Origin: Zygnema circumcarinatum SAG 698-1b
Taxonomy: Eukaryota; Plantae; Zygnematophyceae
DNA length: 64,000 nucleotides
Assembly: GCA_037447605.1 (NCBI GenBank)
Contig: CM074808.1
Location: 2,914,001 to 2,978,000, forward strand
Direction of reading: 5' to 3'
The translations under genes and the position numbers were made by a program. The notes beneath the pieces were generated by a model. It did no database searches, was not told where the DNA came from, and saw nothing but the letters and a program-made list of their open reading frames with translations. This document shows positions 21,604-35,324 of the stretch, in pieces. The stretch's first letter is position 1. Each line of letters starts with the position of its first letter.

Positions 21604-23532
21604 ATGGCGCAGTCTTCCAACATACCAACTGTGTCGCCCGAGCCTTCCAGAGTTTCTCGACCAGACGATCGAAGACCTGCGGTAAACGCACCTCTTGCAA
21701 CTGCTGATCACTGCAATTTAACCGCAGGTACTTCTCGGACAGCGTTATCTGCGCCTTGCCACCGACCCATGAAGGAATTTCATCCGTATTGCAGAAGTTG
21801 TGGGGAGTACAATGGAGGCAACCAGAATCTGAATCGAGAGAGGAGCCTAAAGAGAGCTTTCGTCCATAAAACAGACATTACTGAAGGATGGTCAGTAAGC
21901 TGCCGTTGCTATACAAGACAGAAAACTGCTCTATCCCATAGTCTGCAACAGAAGAATTCTCAAACACATCGAGTCTGTGGGCGCTCTATGGGTGGGGCAC
22001 TCACAATTCATCCTCCTAACGGCATTGAGGGAGATTGCTCAGGTCCAGCGCCTTTGGAGAATTCAGAATTAGGCGCCTTTGAATGTCTTCCAAAGAAGGA
22101 AAGGTGTCACAAGTGTACTTCCTCTGGGCTTGGCGATGTTCATCAGCAAAGAGGCAGACGGAGCAACGCAAGTTGTCAGAATTTTAACAGGGAAAAAAAA
22201 GCTACACACGAAGCCCATTCAAGGACGGGAACCATACTGAATGCTGAAGTCAAGCCTACCGTAACACTTTCAGAACTGAAGGAGTTTGTGGACACGGTAG
22301 TTCTAGATTCCTTGTCAGGCACTTGGGCTCGTGATTTAACCCAACGCCTCAAGGAGAGTGGCTGCCAAGGAGCTCAGTCTGTAGATGGTTCTCCTGCACT
22401 TAAAGCGATGCTGGCTGGTACACGAAAGGGAGGCGACAGACCAGCCATCACGACTCAAAATCTTCAACAGTCTTCACTCGAGATGCGATCGAACGGAAAC
22501 CTGACAGATGAATTCGTGGAATTTGAGTCACCAGGATGTCCGCAAAAGCAGAGCTCTGGCGATGCATTTCCAGGGGACACACACCATCAATTTTTGCGCT
22601 CAGAAATTAAAGAAGGTTCAATTCCATTGAATGTGTCAGGGAGGAAGCGTGACCTTTCCTCAGTTGAGGGCACACATGCTGAAGTTTCTTGCAAGCGAAC
22701 CTCCGCCTTTACGGAAAGTTTTCAAGACAGTAGCGTTGACCTCTGCAGTCCTCCTCATCCTTCAACGGCTGCACCGTGCGTAAACTCGACGGTCCCATTC
22801 CATTTTGGAGGAAAATCGGAGCATTTAGTTACAGACGAGCATTTTGCTGAACTGATAGCAAATGCTTTTAATGGTTGCTACGGTTACCCGGCTCAAGGAT
22901 TCATGCAGGAGGATGAAGGTAGAGATGAAACATTTTTGTCAGTAATTGAAAGTAGTAGTTGGCGGCCAAAAGAGACTGTAATTGACAAGCCTGTTTGTTC
23001 GTCAAATTCTGAAGTTGAATTCGAACCGGAAACGACTGTTTTTCAGAAGGAGCCTTCTTCTAGCTCTCTGCTGACCGAAGTAGTAGACGGAGCGGATTTG
23101 GAGTATGAAAAGGCTACCAAGGAATTTCTAAGCCTGCTTGAGACTACGGAGGGAGCACACGCCAAAAGTGCGGCTTGTCCGGACCGACAAACCAGCCCAC
23201 TCCTTCAACAAAACCCGTCTGTACACAATGATGAGTTGGATCCTGGGGTTATTAGAAAGCCAACGAGGTCAAGATTCATAGCAGTGTCTATGTATGTCAG
23301 AGATCAGCGTGTCAAACAAGATGGTGTGGTCCTAAGTGCAGGGCAAGCTATTGATGAAGCACTTGTATCATCAGAGGATGGAAATAGCAAGAAAACCAGT
23401 TATGCAGGACAAGTACATGGAAAAATGCGATCACAAATAGGAGGAAGGAATGTAGTTGTTGTTGCTGGTGACGAGAAGAACCATGTTTTTGATTCAGAAG
23501 CAAACAGCAAGAGCGGAAAAACTTGCAAATGA
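21604..23532 (+). CDS. Uncharacterised 642-aa Ser/Glu-rich protein, single long ORF
   Basis: Uninterrupted 1.9-kb ORF; no recognised domain; scattered CxxC motifs (CRSC, CHKC). Confidence 0.6.
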   Translation: MAQSSNIPTVSPEPSRVSRPDDRRPAVNAPLATADHCNLTAGTSRTALSAPCHRPMKEFHPYCRSCGEYNGGNQNLNRERSLKRAFVHKTDITEGWSVSCRCYTRQKTALSHSLQQKNSQTHRVCGRSMGGALTIHPPNGIEGDCSGPAPLENSELGAFECLPKKERCHKCTSSGLGDVHQQRGRRSNASCQNFNREKKATHEAHSRTGTILNAEVKPTVTLSELKEFVDTVVLDSLSGTWARDLTQRLKESGCQGAQSVDGSPALKAMLAGTRKGGDRPAITTQNLQQSSLEMRSNGNLTDEFVEFESPGCPQKQSSGDAFPGDTHHQFLRSEIKEGSIPLNVSGRKRDLSSVEGTHAEVSCKRTSAFTESFQDSSVDLCSPPHPSTAAPCVNSTVPFHFGGKSEHLVTDEHFAELIANAFNGCYGYPAQGFMQEDEGRDETFLSVIESSSWRPKETVIDKPVCSSNSEVEFEPETTVFQKEPSSSSLLTEVVDGADLEYEKATKEFLSLLETTEGAHAKSAACPDRQTSPLLQQNPSVHNDELDPGVIRKPTRSRFIAVSMYVRDQRVKQDGVVLSAGQAIDEALVSSEDGNSKKTSYAGQVHGKMRSQIGGRNVVVVAGDEKNHVFDSEANSKSGKTCK

Positions 23533-24824
23533 AGTCGGTAATGCCGGAGGAGGATGCTCTAAAGCTCTTAGCGGAAACGCTGAAAATTTTCTCAGAAAAC
23601 AGCTGTCTACTATGATCTTCACCGACCAGCTTTGAAAACTATTGGGATTCAATCCTTGAGGCCAGAATTTCCAACCGAGACCCCCACTGTGTGTTTGGAG
23701 GTCGTAGGGTGTTGCAGGACCCACAGAACTGTAGATGGATCTCGAGCGGATGTTTCGAGCTGTCTGTTTCTTGCTTTTCAAGAATAAATTTCTGCTTTAC
23801 TTGTTGTGAGGCTTTTGTATCATGTGAATGTAGGATAAAGCAGCCAGTCATGGTGCATCTCTGCAAAGACTGGCCTGAGGTGTATGGCTGAGTCGAACCT
23901 TCGGAGAAGGACCACAATCTCGTGATATATGAGCATGCTCATTTGCTCATTTTCTCATTGTAAATTGTCCCCAGTGCAATGACACAGACCCCTTGCAGCA
24001 GAGGCCTAAATCATAACATTTTAGAACCAATGTCCTCCCACCCAATGACCTTATTTTTTTTAACCTAAAACTGAATCGCGGAATGTGTCATCCGCCGATT
24101 TCCTAAGCATTGCACTTCACTATACGTTTTTTCCGTGCACACAGCATTGGACATTTCTGATTGGTACTGCCGAGGGGTTCCTAGGTGTCAAAACGAGGGC
24201 AAACAACACTCACCCGCCTCCCCCCTTCCACGACAAAACAAGACGGCCAGCCAACAAAAGAATATCTAACTCAACCGCGGGAACCACAGGATTGAACCAC
24301 AGGGGCAAATGCCAGCACTAAAGAGATGAGTGGGTGATGAATGCATGTGCCGGCTGCCTTAGTACAATCGTGTCGACGAGCTACACGTAAAGAACAAATG
24401 TTATTCATTGAAAAAGCTGGCACTACCAAAAAGTGCGAGTCTCCAACTCGCCATGCTACTTCCTCATATCATCTTCGCCGGCCCGGCCACCCTACCCTAG
24501 CACCTGCCTCGCCAGCTGAACCCTCCTTTATGTGAATGGGGTTAAGGGTTCATGGCATGCATCATGATATCCTGGTGGCCACGGACACAACCACTTACAG
24601 ATCAGCTTATAGAGCATATTGCCTTAAAAGAAATTGTATGAACCGGGTACACTGTCGCCATATGACACAAGGTAACCTCCCGCTGGCTTAGCCTTCTGTA
24701 AAAGGTCTGCCTCATGCCCAGGCAGTTCCAGTTCCGTTTCCCGTTCCAAAGATTTACACAAACAACTGTAAAGAGAAACCGCGGTGTAGATGGGGTTGTG
24801 GCTAGTATTGCAAGGGGAGCCACT

Positions 24825-27800
24825 TTACGCCGTCTTCAACTTCTTCTTCTGCGCTTCCTGAGCCTGCAGTCACACATCACCCGTAACACCAAGTCAGTGA
24901 TACAACAAAGAGCAGCACTTGAGTGCCACAAACGTCAAAAGTCTAGACTGTTCCATGTGAACCTATCCATCAGCAGCCGGTGAACATTCGGAACTCATTG
25001 ACTGCCGTATCCAGTGTACTGCCAGCTTTACAATAGACAATCCGAGGGCACTCCTAAAAGAATAACACGTATCTCGTCTTTATTCTAAAAACGACATAGC
25101 TGCTGGTCATAGGAATCAAATGCTGATTACTACTGAAGGCATGACGAGTTCATGACAATGCCGTCAACACTAACAAATTCGATGTTCAGCCTCCGAAACA
25201 TTACAATAAAAACTCACTAAATCGGTAACTTGCAAGAACAGCATTAACGGCGCTCAAAGGAGTCAACCAACCTGAGAGTAAAGGAATGTTCCAAAGATGG
25301 CGATTGCAGCTCCCACAGCATTGATCGGCCTAACAGGTGTCTTAAAGATGATGATGGAAGCCACAATGACAGTCACTCGCTTCATTGTATTTCCAATACT
25401 GAATGTCAAAGGTGAGATTTGGTCCAAAGACATGTAGGAGACTTGATTGTAGAGGTGATAAAACACACTCTGAGCAGCAACCCACCTGTAAACACAAGGT
25501 CGGATTGCAACTGTCAAAGGATGGACTAAATTTCACAACTCTGTCAAATTCACAATATACATTTCTATGTAACATCTGACTAGTTTCAAATACATCTGCA
25601 AATAGCCCCTGTAGCAAAAATAAATGACTGCCACATAACAGGCGCCCCATTTTCTCTTTCTTCGAGCAAATGTCAACCCTCACCATGCAAGACTTACCAA
25701 TAATCGAATTCACGTATACGACTGACTGGTAATTAAAAATCATCACTGGGAATGTGACGACTATTCAGGGATAGGGTAACAAAGGTGCCAGTATCAGCGT
25801 ACCCTTCTCATACATTCAAAAATTTGAGTTGAATTAATGAAACCAAAACTTAACAAGCAAGACAACTCTAATGATTAAGCAAACAAAAATGAAACTGATG
25901 CTTTTGGACTGCTTCTCATGGCTGCAGACAAGTTTCATGCGAAAAAATCAATCTAAAACAACATCGTTAGCCATCAGATATGATGAAAAGTTGAGAGAAC
26001 TGACTTACCAAACAAACTGTGGGCCAACATCCGCAATGGCTTTATCCCATCCGGCAGCCCAAAGGGAAGGGCCTTCAGCAACGAAAGCGAAAGGAGTGAG
26101 AAGAATTAAGGAGAAGATTGAGAGACATGCGTAATAATTGAGACCGCCAACTTTTGTTCCAGTGCTCATTCCCTTCTTTGAGAAAATGTTCCGGAAGACG
26201 AAAGCCAAGTTGGAGATCATTGCCCCCATGAAACCTGTTCAAGAGTGACAATGTAAGGAGAGTTAGCCATCAAACCTTACCCTCTAAAGTTAAACTGTGC
26301 GTGGAACATCTAATGGATATAGATCTAGGCCAAGGGACAGGGGGAAACGATACTCAGCCTATCACATACAGCCTTCTATTCTATACAAAAAGAGAATCGA
26401 CAAAATCTAACAGTGCTGCCAATCGCTATCACAGATTCGCTAAAAGGCTATTATCAAGATGAAGAAAATCTAACCTGTCATGTTGAAGTTCAGTTCAGTG
26501 GCAGCTGCCAGAGCACATCCACCCACAACTGGCAGAAGTGAAAGGTAGACCGGCAGCGAGTAGGCCTCCCCCATCAAACTCTGAACAACGACACTGAATG
26601 CGGGCTCTGAACTCTTGATGATATGTGTAAAGGAAACGGCAACTTTTGACATACTGACCGTTGCTGCAACATGCCCAATGGTGTGAGCAAGGGCCACCTG
26701 CAACATTACAAGCACTGAAATAAGAAAAAAAAAATGGGGGAAAAGGCAAAACTGCACTTCCGTACCTATTCGAATTTAAAAGGCACGTGCCAAGTAGATT
26801 TAGTCGATCCAGACACGCAGGGCCAACGGAAAAAAGAAGAAAGAAGTTTCCGCAGATCCCAAAAACAAATTTGTTGAAAGGAAAATCTCGCCACGCTGAG
26901 TGAAAGAAGACGATCGGCATTCAATACTACAAGGTTAGGCATTTAAAAAAACAAAGATGGACCATAATGGCCTCATCCAATCTTTCCTCAACCTCCTGAT
27001 CCGAAACGATAGAAACTGAGGCTAACGAATCGCACAAATCTAACTGGACCATTGCCTCGAGGCCAGACTAACAGATCAGTGGCACATTGTGTCAAAACGC
27101 TTACTGGCTGCGAAAGGGATAGAAAGTGCTGAAATTTAGAAGGGGAAACCCACGCAAAACAAATGCAAGTACACATCACATGTCAATCCAAAGATTATAT
27201 TCAAAACAAAAACTTCAGGGAAACAAAGTAAAGGCTGACAAAAGCAGAAAAATCAATCACATTTCATTCAGCCTGATCCTGGACAGACGTAGCCTAGATG
27301 AAGGAAAAACATCGACTTACAGGGGCGAGTGTCTTCCAGAAGGCCGCATCCGTCTTTGGCGGTTCCACGATCCGGATCCCCCAGGAGACAAACATAATCG
27401 CCACTCCAGCCGCGAGAGACAAAGTGGAAGTAAGCCACGGATACGGATACGCGTTTAACACCTTCTTGTTATAGATGTTAAAGACCACGTTAAGCGCCCA
27501 CCAGACCGCAAAGTAGGCACCAATCTTGAGCTTCTTGGAAGCCTCTTCCATCGCTTCATCTGAAACAGCTCCGTCTGCTTCCGGGCTCGGAGTGAGAGAC
27601 TCCGCCTGCGCCTTCGCAACCACTGCCTGAAGTGCTTCCTTTCTCACTTGGAAGCCGGATCGGACCACGTCTGCAGAGATCCGCTGGTTTCCTGCAAGGA
27701 AGGACTTTCGAGAAGCCAAACCTCCCGGGTGCTGACGGATCCCGCGCGGAACGAGCGTTGCTCGGACGCAAACATGGTGCGCAGACGAGCTGCTCTGCTG

Positions 27801-27863
27801 CTCAGTGTTGAACGCAGCAGCGAGCGCTGCAGGCTGCTGTGCGAGGCTCGCTGCGACTGCCAT
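24825..27863 (-). CDS. GPT: Plastid glucose-6-phosphate/phosphate translocator (5 exons)
   Basis: Exons 27863-27321, 26697-26475, 26234-26009, 25485-25272 and 24863-24825. Transit peptide, then KLKIGAYFAVWWALNVVFNIYNKKVLNAYPYPW, VALAHTIGHVAATVSMSKVAVSFTHIIKS and WVAAQSVFYHLYNQVSYMSLDQISPLTFSIGNTMKR. Confidence 0.95.
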
Positions 27864-28199
27864 GACTGCCTCCTTCTCAGTGCCTCACCTCCTCTCCCTC
27901 CCACTCCCGCCTCTCTCCCTCCCCCTCTCTCTCTCTCTCGTTCTCTCTCTCCCTCACCTTTCCTGCTAGCGCGCCGAGCCGATCGAGAGATTTGCCCCAT
28001 CCGCAGCCGCTCCAAATAAAGGCCTCCCTCCGTCCAGAATATCCAACTGCCAGCTCACCCCCTAAAAATTATTCCCTTGCTCCCCGCTCCCTCCCGCCCT
28101 GAGCTGCCCGCAAATCTATTCACATTCCTGGTCCTCCCTGCCCGCCCTCACATTCCGGGTCCCTTCCCGGCCCAGATATTCCCACCGCCCGCTAATGGG

Positions 28200-28590
28200 C
28201 TTATCTTCAGGCGGGCACCCACGTGGCGCCCGGCCAATGGCCGCCCGCCGTTCAGATGCCCTTTTAAGGGAAGGTGCCCTTTTCAAAATTCGCTGCCAAC
28301 CACAAAATTTTCCGTGCCGGAATAAAAAAAAATCACGAGAATAGGAACACGTGGCGAGGCGCCATTGGCGTGATGACGTTGGCAGCGACCACGAGTCACG
28401 CTCGTACACTTCCGTACATGCGCGCGCAGGGAGGGGGACAGCGCGAGGGGCGCGGGCGGCACCGACACGGACCGGCGCCGGCCGGGCGCGACACGTGGCA
28501 GGCGCCGCGCGGGTCGGCCGGTCGGCGCCACGCGTCGCAACGTCGCGCGGGGAGAGGACCGGGCACGCGTCAGGGGACTGCCACGTGACG
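28200..28590 (-). promoter_or_regulatory. GC-rich G-box/ABRE cluster upstream of GPT
   Basis: CACGTG at 28220, 28348, 28492 and 28582, plus CACGCG variants. Confidence 0.55.
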
Positions 28591-30132
28591 CCCGCTCTAG
28601 GCGCTAGGGCTTGGGCTCTAGGCTCTAGGCTCTAGGCACTAGGGCTTGGCCTCTAGAGGCTCATGTTGGGGTTCCGTTCCATGTCTTTGTTGTGAGGTTC
28701 GAACACGTCGGCATCGAGGGCAAGCGCGGTTTCCAGAGGTCGAATGGAGGGCTGGGCGTCATGACCAGATTTGCACTTAAATTAGGGAAGACTACTGCTA
28801 TTGAAATGTGAAAGATGCAAGTATCTTCACATGGGGACCACTCAAGAGTTAGAGGTTAAAACGAGCTGGGTTGTGTTTAGTGGTGACAATGGGAGCAAGC
28901 AGTGGTAACTTATAGGCGGGGTGTTCTTATTGCAGAGGCTCGTTTTTGTCGCCCCCCACTTCCGGCCACGTATGCGGAAGGCTCCCCATTTTGTTTCGGG
29001 CTGCATTTGCAACTTCGGAAAGGAGCTGGAAAGGGAACCCGACATGAAGACGGATCATTGGGCTCCAAATCTCACAGGTTACAGACGACAGAACGCAGAG
29101 GCTCACATGGTTGCGACCAGTCTATGCTTAACCGCAGCTACAGCTCCTAACTAACCTAGAGGCTAAGGCAATGTTGGCAGCTCGAAATCCAAAGCTAAGC
29201 TGAACAGAGCTTGGAACCGAGAAGCACGCCGTGGCATACAATCTTGCACACAGCGCACAAAAACCAAAAATGGGCAGTGCTAACAAGTGTTTCGATCTAA
29301 ACATACAGCTGCCACCAGTCTCTAAGCAATGAACCATATCAGGCTGCGCATCTTGCTGCTCTAAAATCAGCCTGAGAAGCACCAGCCCTGCTTGGGAAAA
29401 CGATGAATGCTACTCCATCAGCCGCTGAATCGGACGGTCGTTCCCAAAAAATGGCCAGTGCATCCTGCTGAGGGTCAGCAAAACGTTCTTGTCAGCACAC
29501 GTGCTGCAAAGGATACAGCTATCTGAGCACATCAAGCCAGCTATGGTGGAGAGCCTTCACAAGTGACAAAAAAAGAATATGCAGAGGCAGTGTTTCTTAC
29601 AAAACTATCCATGATGCCTGCAGAACCCATGTGCAGTCATATGGTGCACCATGCGCAATTGTGCAATCAGAGGCCGCATGTGCCAGCTCATTTTCTTAAA
29701 ACTAATGCCTGACTGTCTCTTCTGCAATCTCTGCACTCTTTCAGCACTCACCCTGACTAAAGTTCGAATACAAGCTTCAGTCAATTTCACTCAGCCGACT
29801 AAAAAGTGGCTTATGCGCCCACCACTTCAAGCCAACCCATTACTGAAGACACACCTTGCTGCTGAATGACTGCTCCGCCCGAATACTTTGGCCGCACCAA
29901 TGTCATAGAATCACGTAACAGTGCCAAGCCAGCCCTCCGACGCACCTGGATCAGCGTGAATACAAGCTATGTGCTAATGTGCCAGCTTCCCAGATAAAAA
30001 TTGCTTTTCCCAAAAACATAAAAAGGGAGGGAGGGGATAGGAGAAGGGGAAACGCACTCAGAGAACATCTAGGAAGAACAGCTGACATGCTGGGACTAGT
30101 GCAAAATTCCCATCTATTGGTAAACTAATGAG

Positions 30133-32578
30133 TCACGAGAAAGCAACGTGCAGCCGATAGGCATTATAAGCAAGCTGCTCCGCCTGCCATCGATCCCTGT
30201 CTTGCCGCCACAGTTCCAAATACGGCTGCAACACCATACGAAGGGGTAGTAGCCAAACATGAGGAACATAGATTACAAAAAGCACAACAACTAAGAAGAA
30301 AGCTTGAACAGTACGAAAATAATTCATAGTGCATCTGCAATTGCATTAAGTGGATATGCATGTAGGTGAATGAGTGTGCCTACATCTTTATTTTAAACAA
30401 ACTCTAATGGAAGAATAGTACCCTCGTGCCAAAAACAGCAACTAGCAAGGACAAAGGAACGAACTACCTATCAATCAGCATTCACAAAGAATAGACATGG
30501 CATGTTGTACATATGCGGAGGGGTTGGAAAGGGCAAGGGAAGACTGACAATAATGACATTTATCTGTCTCCATTCGTTAGCAGAAAAATGTTTTAATGTT
30601 GTAGCTATCATTTCCTTGACTACCATGGCAGCTGATGGCTAATCCTCACACATTCTTTCCCATGCAGTTGCTCACCTCTTTCTCCTCCTTGCTTAACCTT
30701 CCCCATCGTTCTCCAATCATCCTGCTGATGTCAGATTCCGGCAAATCTGGACGTTGTGCCTTCAATAAGGCCCGCCATTCACTGTAGTAAAAGTTGAAAG
30801 AAGTCCGCTTTGGTTTCGGAGGAAACGCAGCGAGAGTCGTTGGAGGCACCTGCAAGGCTCCCGTTTGCTTGCCTCCAATAAGATCATTGAACGAAGTAAA
30901 ATGCGGTAGGGCCATAAAGAAGAAGTATTAAACACAAAAAATTGACCAGAATTAAGATGGGAAGGAAAAGATCCTGAACAGGCGCTATTCCTCAGCTTCC
31001 TTGCACGGCCAAGCTATTATAAAGTTGTGGTTATTTTTCTGAAGAAAGGAATGTTTATGAATTCAGAGGAAAGTGGAGAGAGGGATGCAAATCATGACAA
31101 GACAAAAAATAAAGAACGGAGGAAGTACAGAAAATAGAGAATAAGACCTCGTCTGCCTGAAAAATTGGTATACATTTGACTATGCCATTTTCCGATAACA
31201 TATAAACCTTCAAGAGAAAGTATGAACGGCATCAATAATGGGATTCTAGTATTTGCACTGTATCAAAACCCAATAACAACATTGGAGTGAATGAAGGGAA
31301 AGACGTGAAGAGAGAGAACAGCAAAAGGAAAACCAAACGGTTCAGAAGTCAGACATTTAGCTGATCTTGAACAAAGCAGATGATGCAAAACCATGTATTC
31401 TTTGACAATGTACATGGCCATGAGATTAATGCGCTCTTGTTTAGCTCAGAGTTTACGTTCCTCTTGCACACAAGTATTAGTTAGGGGTCAATTGCGACGA
31501 ATTCTAGCATCTTAACAGCTCAGCTGCATACAAATATGAACCTCGAAGTTCACTACCATACCCTCAAAGCCAATGCAAAAACCACAAAGCTGGAACCACG
31601 GGAGTGCAGCAGAATTCTCACAGATCTTTCGCCACCTCCCATGGGCGGAAAATGGTCCATATGTTGAAAAGATTCTTCCTCGACATCATCGTATTCATCA
31701 GATATATCCTCATCCTCGTCACTAGCAAAGCTCCCCTCTTCTTCGCCCCCTCCAATAACATCCCGCCCTTCATCCTCTTCACCTCCTCCATGCAAACCAT
31801 TTCCGTCTTGAACAAAATTTCCACCCTCTGCAACACTAGCCACAGATGATCCGTGCACGAACCTCGGCTGCTTTTGCTCACTCTGCATATAATTCCAGCC
31901 ACTTTGGGCCTCATCCTTTAACATTCTAATGGCCCTTGCACCTTGAACTCCAGTCTCAGGTGCATGGTACAAAATGCCAGAAAGCTGCTCGGACCCGACG
32001 GTAATTGTCACAAAGTAGCCATGGCTGAATTTGGAATGGATCACTCCCCTAACTGTATGCCCGATCCACTCCTCCGGGGCAATATCTCCGAATCCATCAT
32101 GCACATCATCTACCTGCTCCTTCAGGAGTGCAGATAAACTCTCCCTTACTGACCTGCAAGAACCTGCACCATGGCTGGCTGTCGTGGAAGCTCTCTTCCT
32201 CCGATGAACTGCTGCTCCAGCTTCTCCCAGCCTTGGCCTGGGCGGACCAGGTCTAGCAGAGACAACATTGGCGCCATGGACTCTCCTTAAATGCTTTCTT
32301 ACAACTTTGCCACCTCCAAGAAGAAGCTTCTTGCAGAGAGGGCACGTTTGTGGCTGACCCCCTTTCGGCACGACAATGGCTGAATCCGGCTGGTCCTCGG
32401 AGTCACCATGGCCCGAGCTCTGCAGCACGGAGTCATGCAGAGACTCCATCCTGCCCGAGGGCATCTGATCATCGCTTGGCCAGGCCTCAGGGATGTCCAT
32501 GAGCTCCTCCTGCTGCTCGTTCCCGTCATCCACATCCGCCATAGCCTTGCCGTCATCCATGGCGAGATAGCGATTCAT
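30133..32578 (-). CDS. C2H2-like zinc finger + HMG-box protein related to the ARID-HMG family but lacking ARID
   Basis: Exons 32578-31622, 30849-30676 and 30225-30133. Contains CPLCKKLLLGGGKVVRKHLRRVH, the ARID-HMG linker motif GHTVRGVIHSKFSHGYFVTITVGSEQLSGILYH and an HMG box PKPKRTSFNFYYSEW...IGERWGRLSKEEKE|PYLELWRQDRDRW. Confidence 0.8.
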
Positions 32579-34605
32579 CTGAATGCGGAACAGAGCACAA
32601 CAATAGGACTTCTGCGCGCCCTCATCCAAGACTTCAACTCCGCCCTCTCCGTCTCCCTTACAGTCTCCCCCTCTCCACACAAATCAGAAAGTGCAGCCCT
32701 TCCTTCTCCTTTGGGGCCATACTCGAGCATTTTCCAATGGAAACGTGCCACGTCAGCAATAGTTCCACGTGGAATTTCTCCATTGGATTATTAACCACGT
32801 AAGCAATGTCGTACGGTACCCACCCTAGTGACTGTACCAGGTACTTCGCCGCCCCCATTCCATTCCATGCTCACAGCTCACCTTTTTATAAGTTACTGCT
32901 GGCAAACGGTGACAGGAAACCTTAGAAGCGCAGTTGAGCGTTAAAGAGAACGGAACGGCGCGGCGGGGCGCATTCCGTGAATCCGTCCCAGAATTGAGCT
33001 GCGAGCGCAGCTGCTTTCCCGCCCTCCCCCCTGCAAGGAAACCAGTACGGTAGAGTAGCCGGAGGAAACTTGCAGGGGCTGGTTATACATTTTTGTTTTG
33101 GAAGATAAAGGGAAGGAAAGGATAGGAAAGGAAAGGAAAGGAAAGGAAGAAGGAAGGGAAGGGAAAGGAAGCATTGTTTTTAGCTTTTTTGTAACTTCCA
33201 GCTCCAAGCTTTTCCCTTTTGTGCTTAGGTCCTTTGCGAACAGTTCGTGGTTCCGCATGATGATTTTGTCCATGTACATGTGATGGCACCGCCATCGTGA
33301 GATCAATGCAACATCACCCTTTCTTTTTAGCTCGTTAAGGGAGTTTTTGCATGAAATTTACTTTCCTTTCGTTTGGGTATTCTTCGCATTGGCGCGCTTC
33401 TGCCCACCTGCTGCACATGGTGCTGCAGGGAAGGCGATTGGCGAGAGGGGGAGGGAGCTGAGGAGGAGTCGGTACAAGTCTCCAGCAAGCCTTTTAGATA
33501 AGGTATGGCGAATACGGTGACGCCGACGAATTTAAAGTTTGAATGACTTGGAATTGTGAGTTACTGTAGGTGCTGACTTATTTTTTCTTCTGCCAGTTAG
33601 ACATGATTTTTTTTTTTATATCGAGGCTGATTTCCTTATGCTCCTGCAAATACATGTGCGTTCCCTTAGGGTTGTGTTCCTGTCGCCCCTTAGCTCGGTC
33701 GAGCTTCGAGTGCTTGCCAATTTGAGCCTGCATGACTTGGTCTTGCCTTTCTATACGCTGCTTTTTTTGCTTCACTGATACTTCCGTGTGTGCGTGAACA
33801 TGGAGAGAGAGGACTCATAGAGGGTTGACGCGCATATGGTTCGTCTACTTTGGCTGCATGTATAACAGACTGCAAAGTCTTCAAGATATTGCCCTTACAT
33901 TTCTTGTCTTTGAAACGCCTTCCTCTTTTGCGTTCTTTTCCTCGCGAATGTAAAAGCAGTTATATGGCCGCCATGCCTCTTTAGTGTTTTGCCTTCCCTT
34001 CCCTCACTTAGTTTGTTGTGGCTCGCATGAAAAAGAGTTAACATTTCGTACCTTCACCATTGTTCATGCAGGCTTAAAGCCATGAACAAGCTAATCAGAA
34101 ACGTCTCATTTTGGCGTGCCAATTTCTGTGCATTTGGTCCTGTTTTTCTTGAGATTGAAAAGGCTCTTATCGATTTTTATTATTTCAATTGTCCTCGACC
34201 CTTTTAAATTTCTATGCCCCATTCTCGCAGTCGATATACGATCGATCGCGCGTCATTTCCAAGAAAGATGGGAAGCCCTCACTTAGGAGGGCTTGACCTT
34301 TTGAAAAAAGTGAGAAGTGAAAGTTGTCGGATGATTGTTCGAGGAATCTGCCCGCGGTTAACTTGTTTCCTGAATTGTTCAAATGATCCAGTTATTAAGC
34401 GAATTTCTTGTAAATGCGTTTTGCATGGTACAGTGGTGGTCAACACATAAGGACTGTCCGGGACGGAATGAATGAGAGAAAAATCTGTGTTTCTATGACT
34501 GTTTCATAAGCCTGACAAGTTCTTTATGATAGCGTAATCATTGTTGGATGACATATTTTGTTTTGGGTGGTTTTGGGACTAAAAGGTTTTGACAGAGGCT
34601 GGATT

Positions 34606-35186
34606 ATGGCTACAGAACGGTTTTGTCGAATAAAGCCCAGTTCAAACTCTTCTCTTGCACTTTCTGTGCATAATGTTCTTGGAGTCAGTCTCCAACAAAG
34701 CTCCGATACAAATCTACATCAAATATGGCGCTGCGAAGAGTTGGGTGGTGGAACACAGGGCTTTGTCCTTGTACACCAAGCTACGAGCAGGGCCTTAAGT
34801 TGGAAACAAGCAGGGCATAAGGTCAGTCGTCAAGTCCTCTTTTGCTTCGTTTCCCGTTATGCTTTGTCTGTCAGTGATTCATTTCGTATTCCTTCAGGCG
34901 TACAATAACATACAATTCGCAGTTTAAGCATGACATTCACTGCTTTGGGAAGGAAGGGCTCTTCTTGCAGGTCCGCCTTGATCCCTATCTTCCAAAAGCA
35001 CCAACTCCGCAACAAGTTTGGGTCATGACCAATTTGGCAGATTCGCCAAACAGCGCCAAGAAAATAACCCCATTTCAGGATAGTTCAGTTTGTCTGGATA
35101 TGAAAACGGGTTCAATAGCCGGTTCAGAAATTTTTACGGCATCATGGAGAGGGTCACCAAACCAGCAATGGGTGACAGTTGATTTG
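34606..35186 (+). CDS. EUL/ricin-B (beta-trefoil) lectin domain in two 216-nt exons; a separate small gene or the N-terminus of the downstream ARID-HMG gene
   Basis: Exons 34606-34821 and 34971-35186 give MATERFCRIKPSSNSSLALSV...DTNLHQIW...GFVLVHQATSRALSWKQAGHK|VRLDPY...QQVW...VCLDMKTG...WRGSPNQQW, with QxW-type repeats and EUL-like spacing. Confidence 0.7.
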
Positions 35187-35324
35187 GTACGTTTGTGTAC
35201 TCTGTTTCAGAAGAAGAGCATAGGAAGCTGATGTGAGTCGACTACAGTATGGCAATTGGTATTGTTTTTTAAACGCTTGACTGTGAATTTGCAGTTATAG
35301 GATTCCTTGCCAACCCCATCGTCG

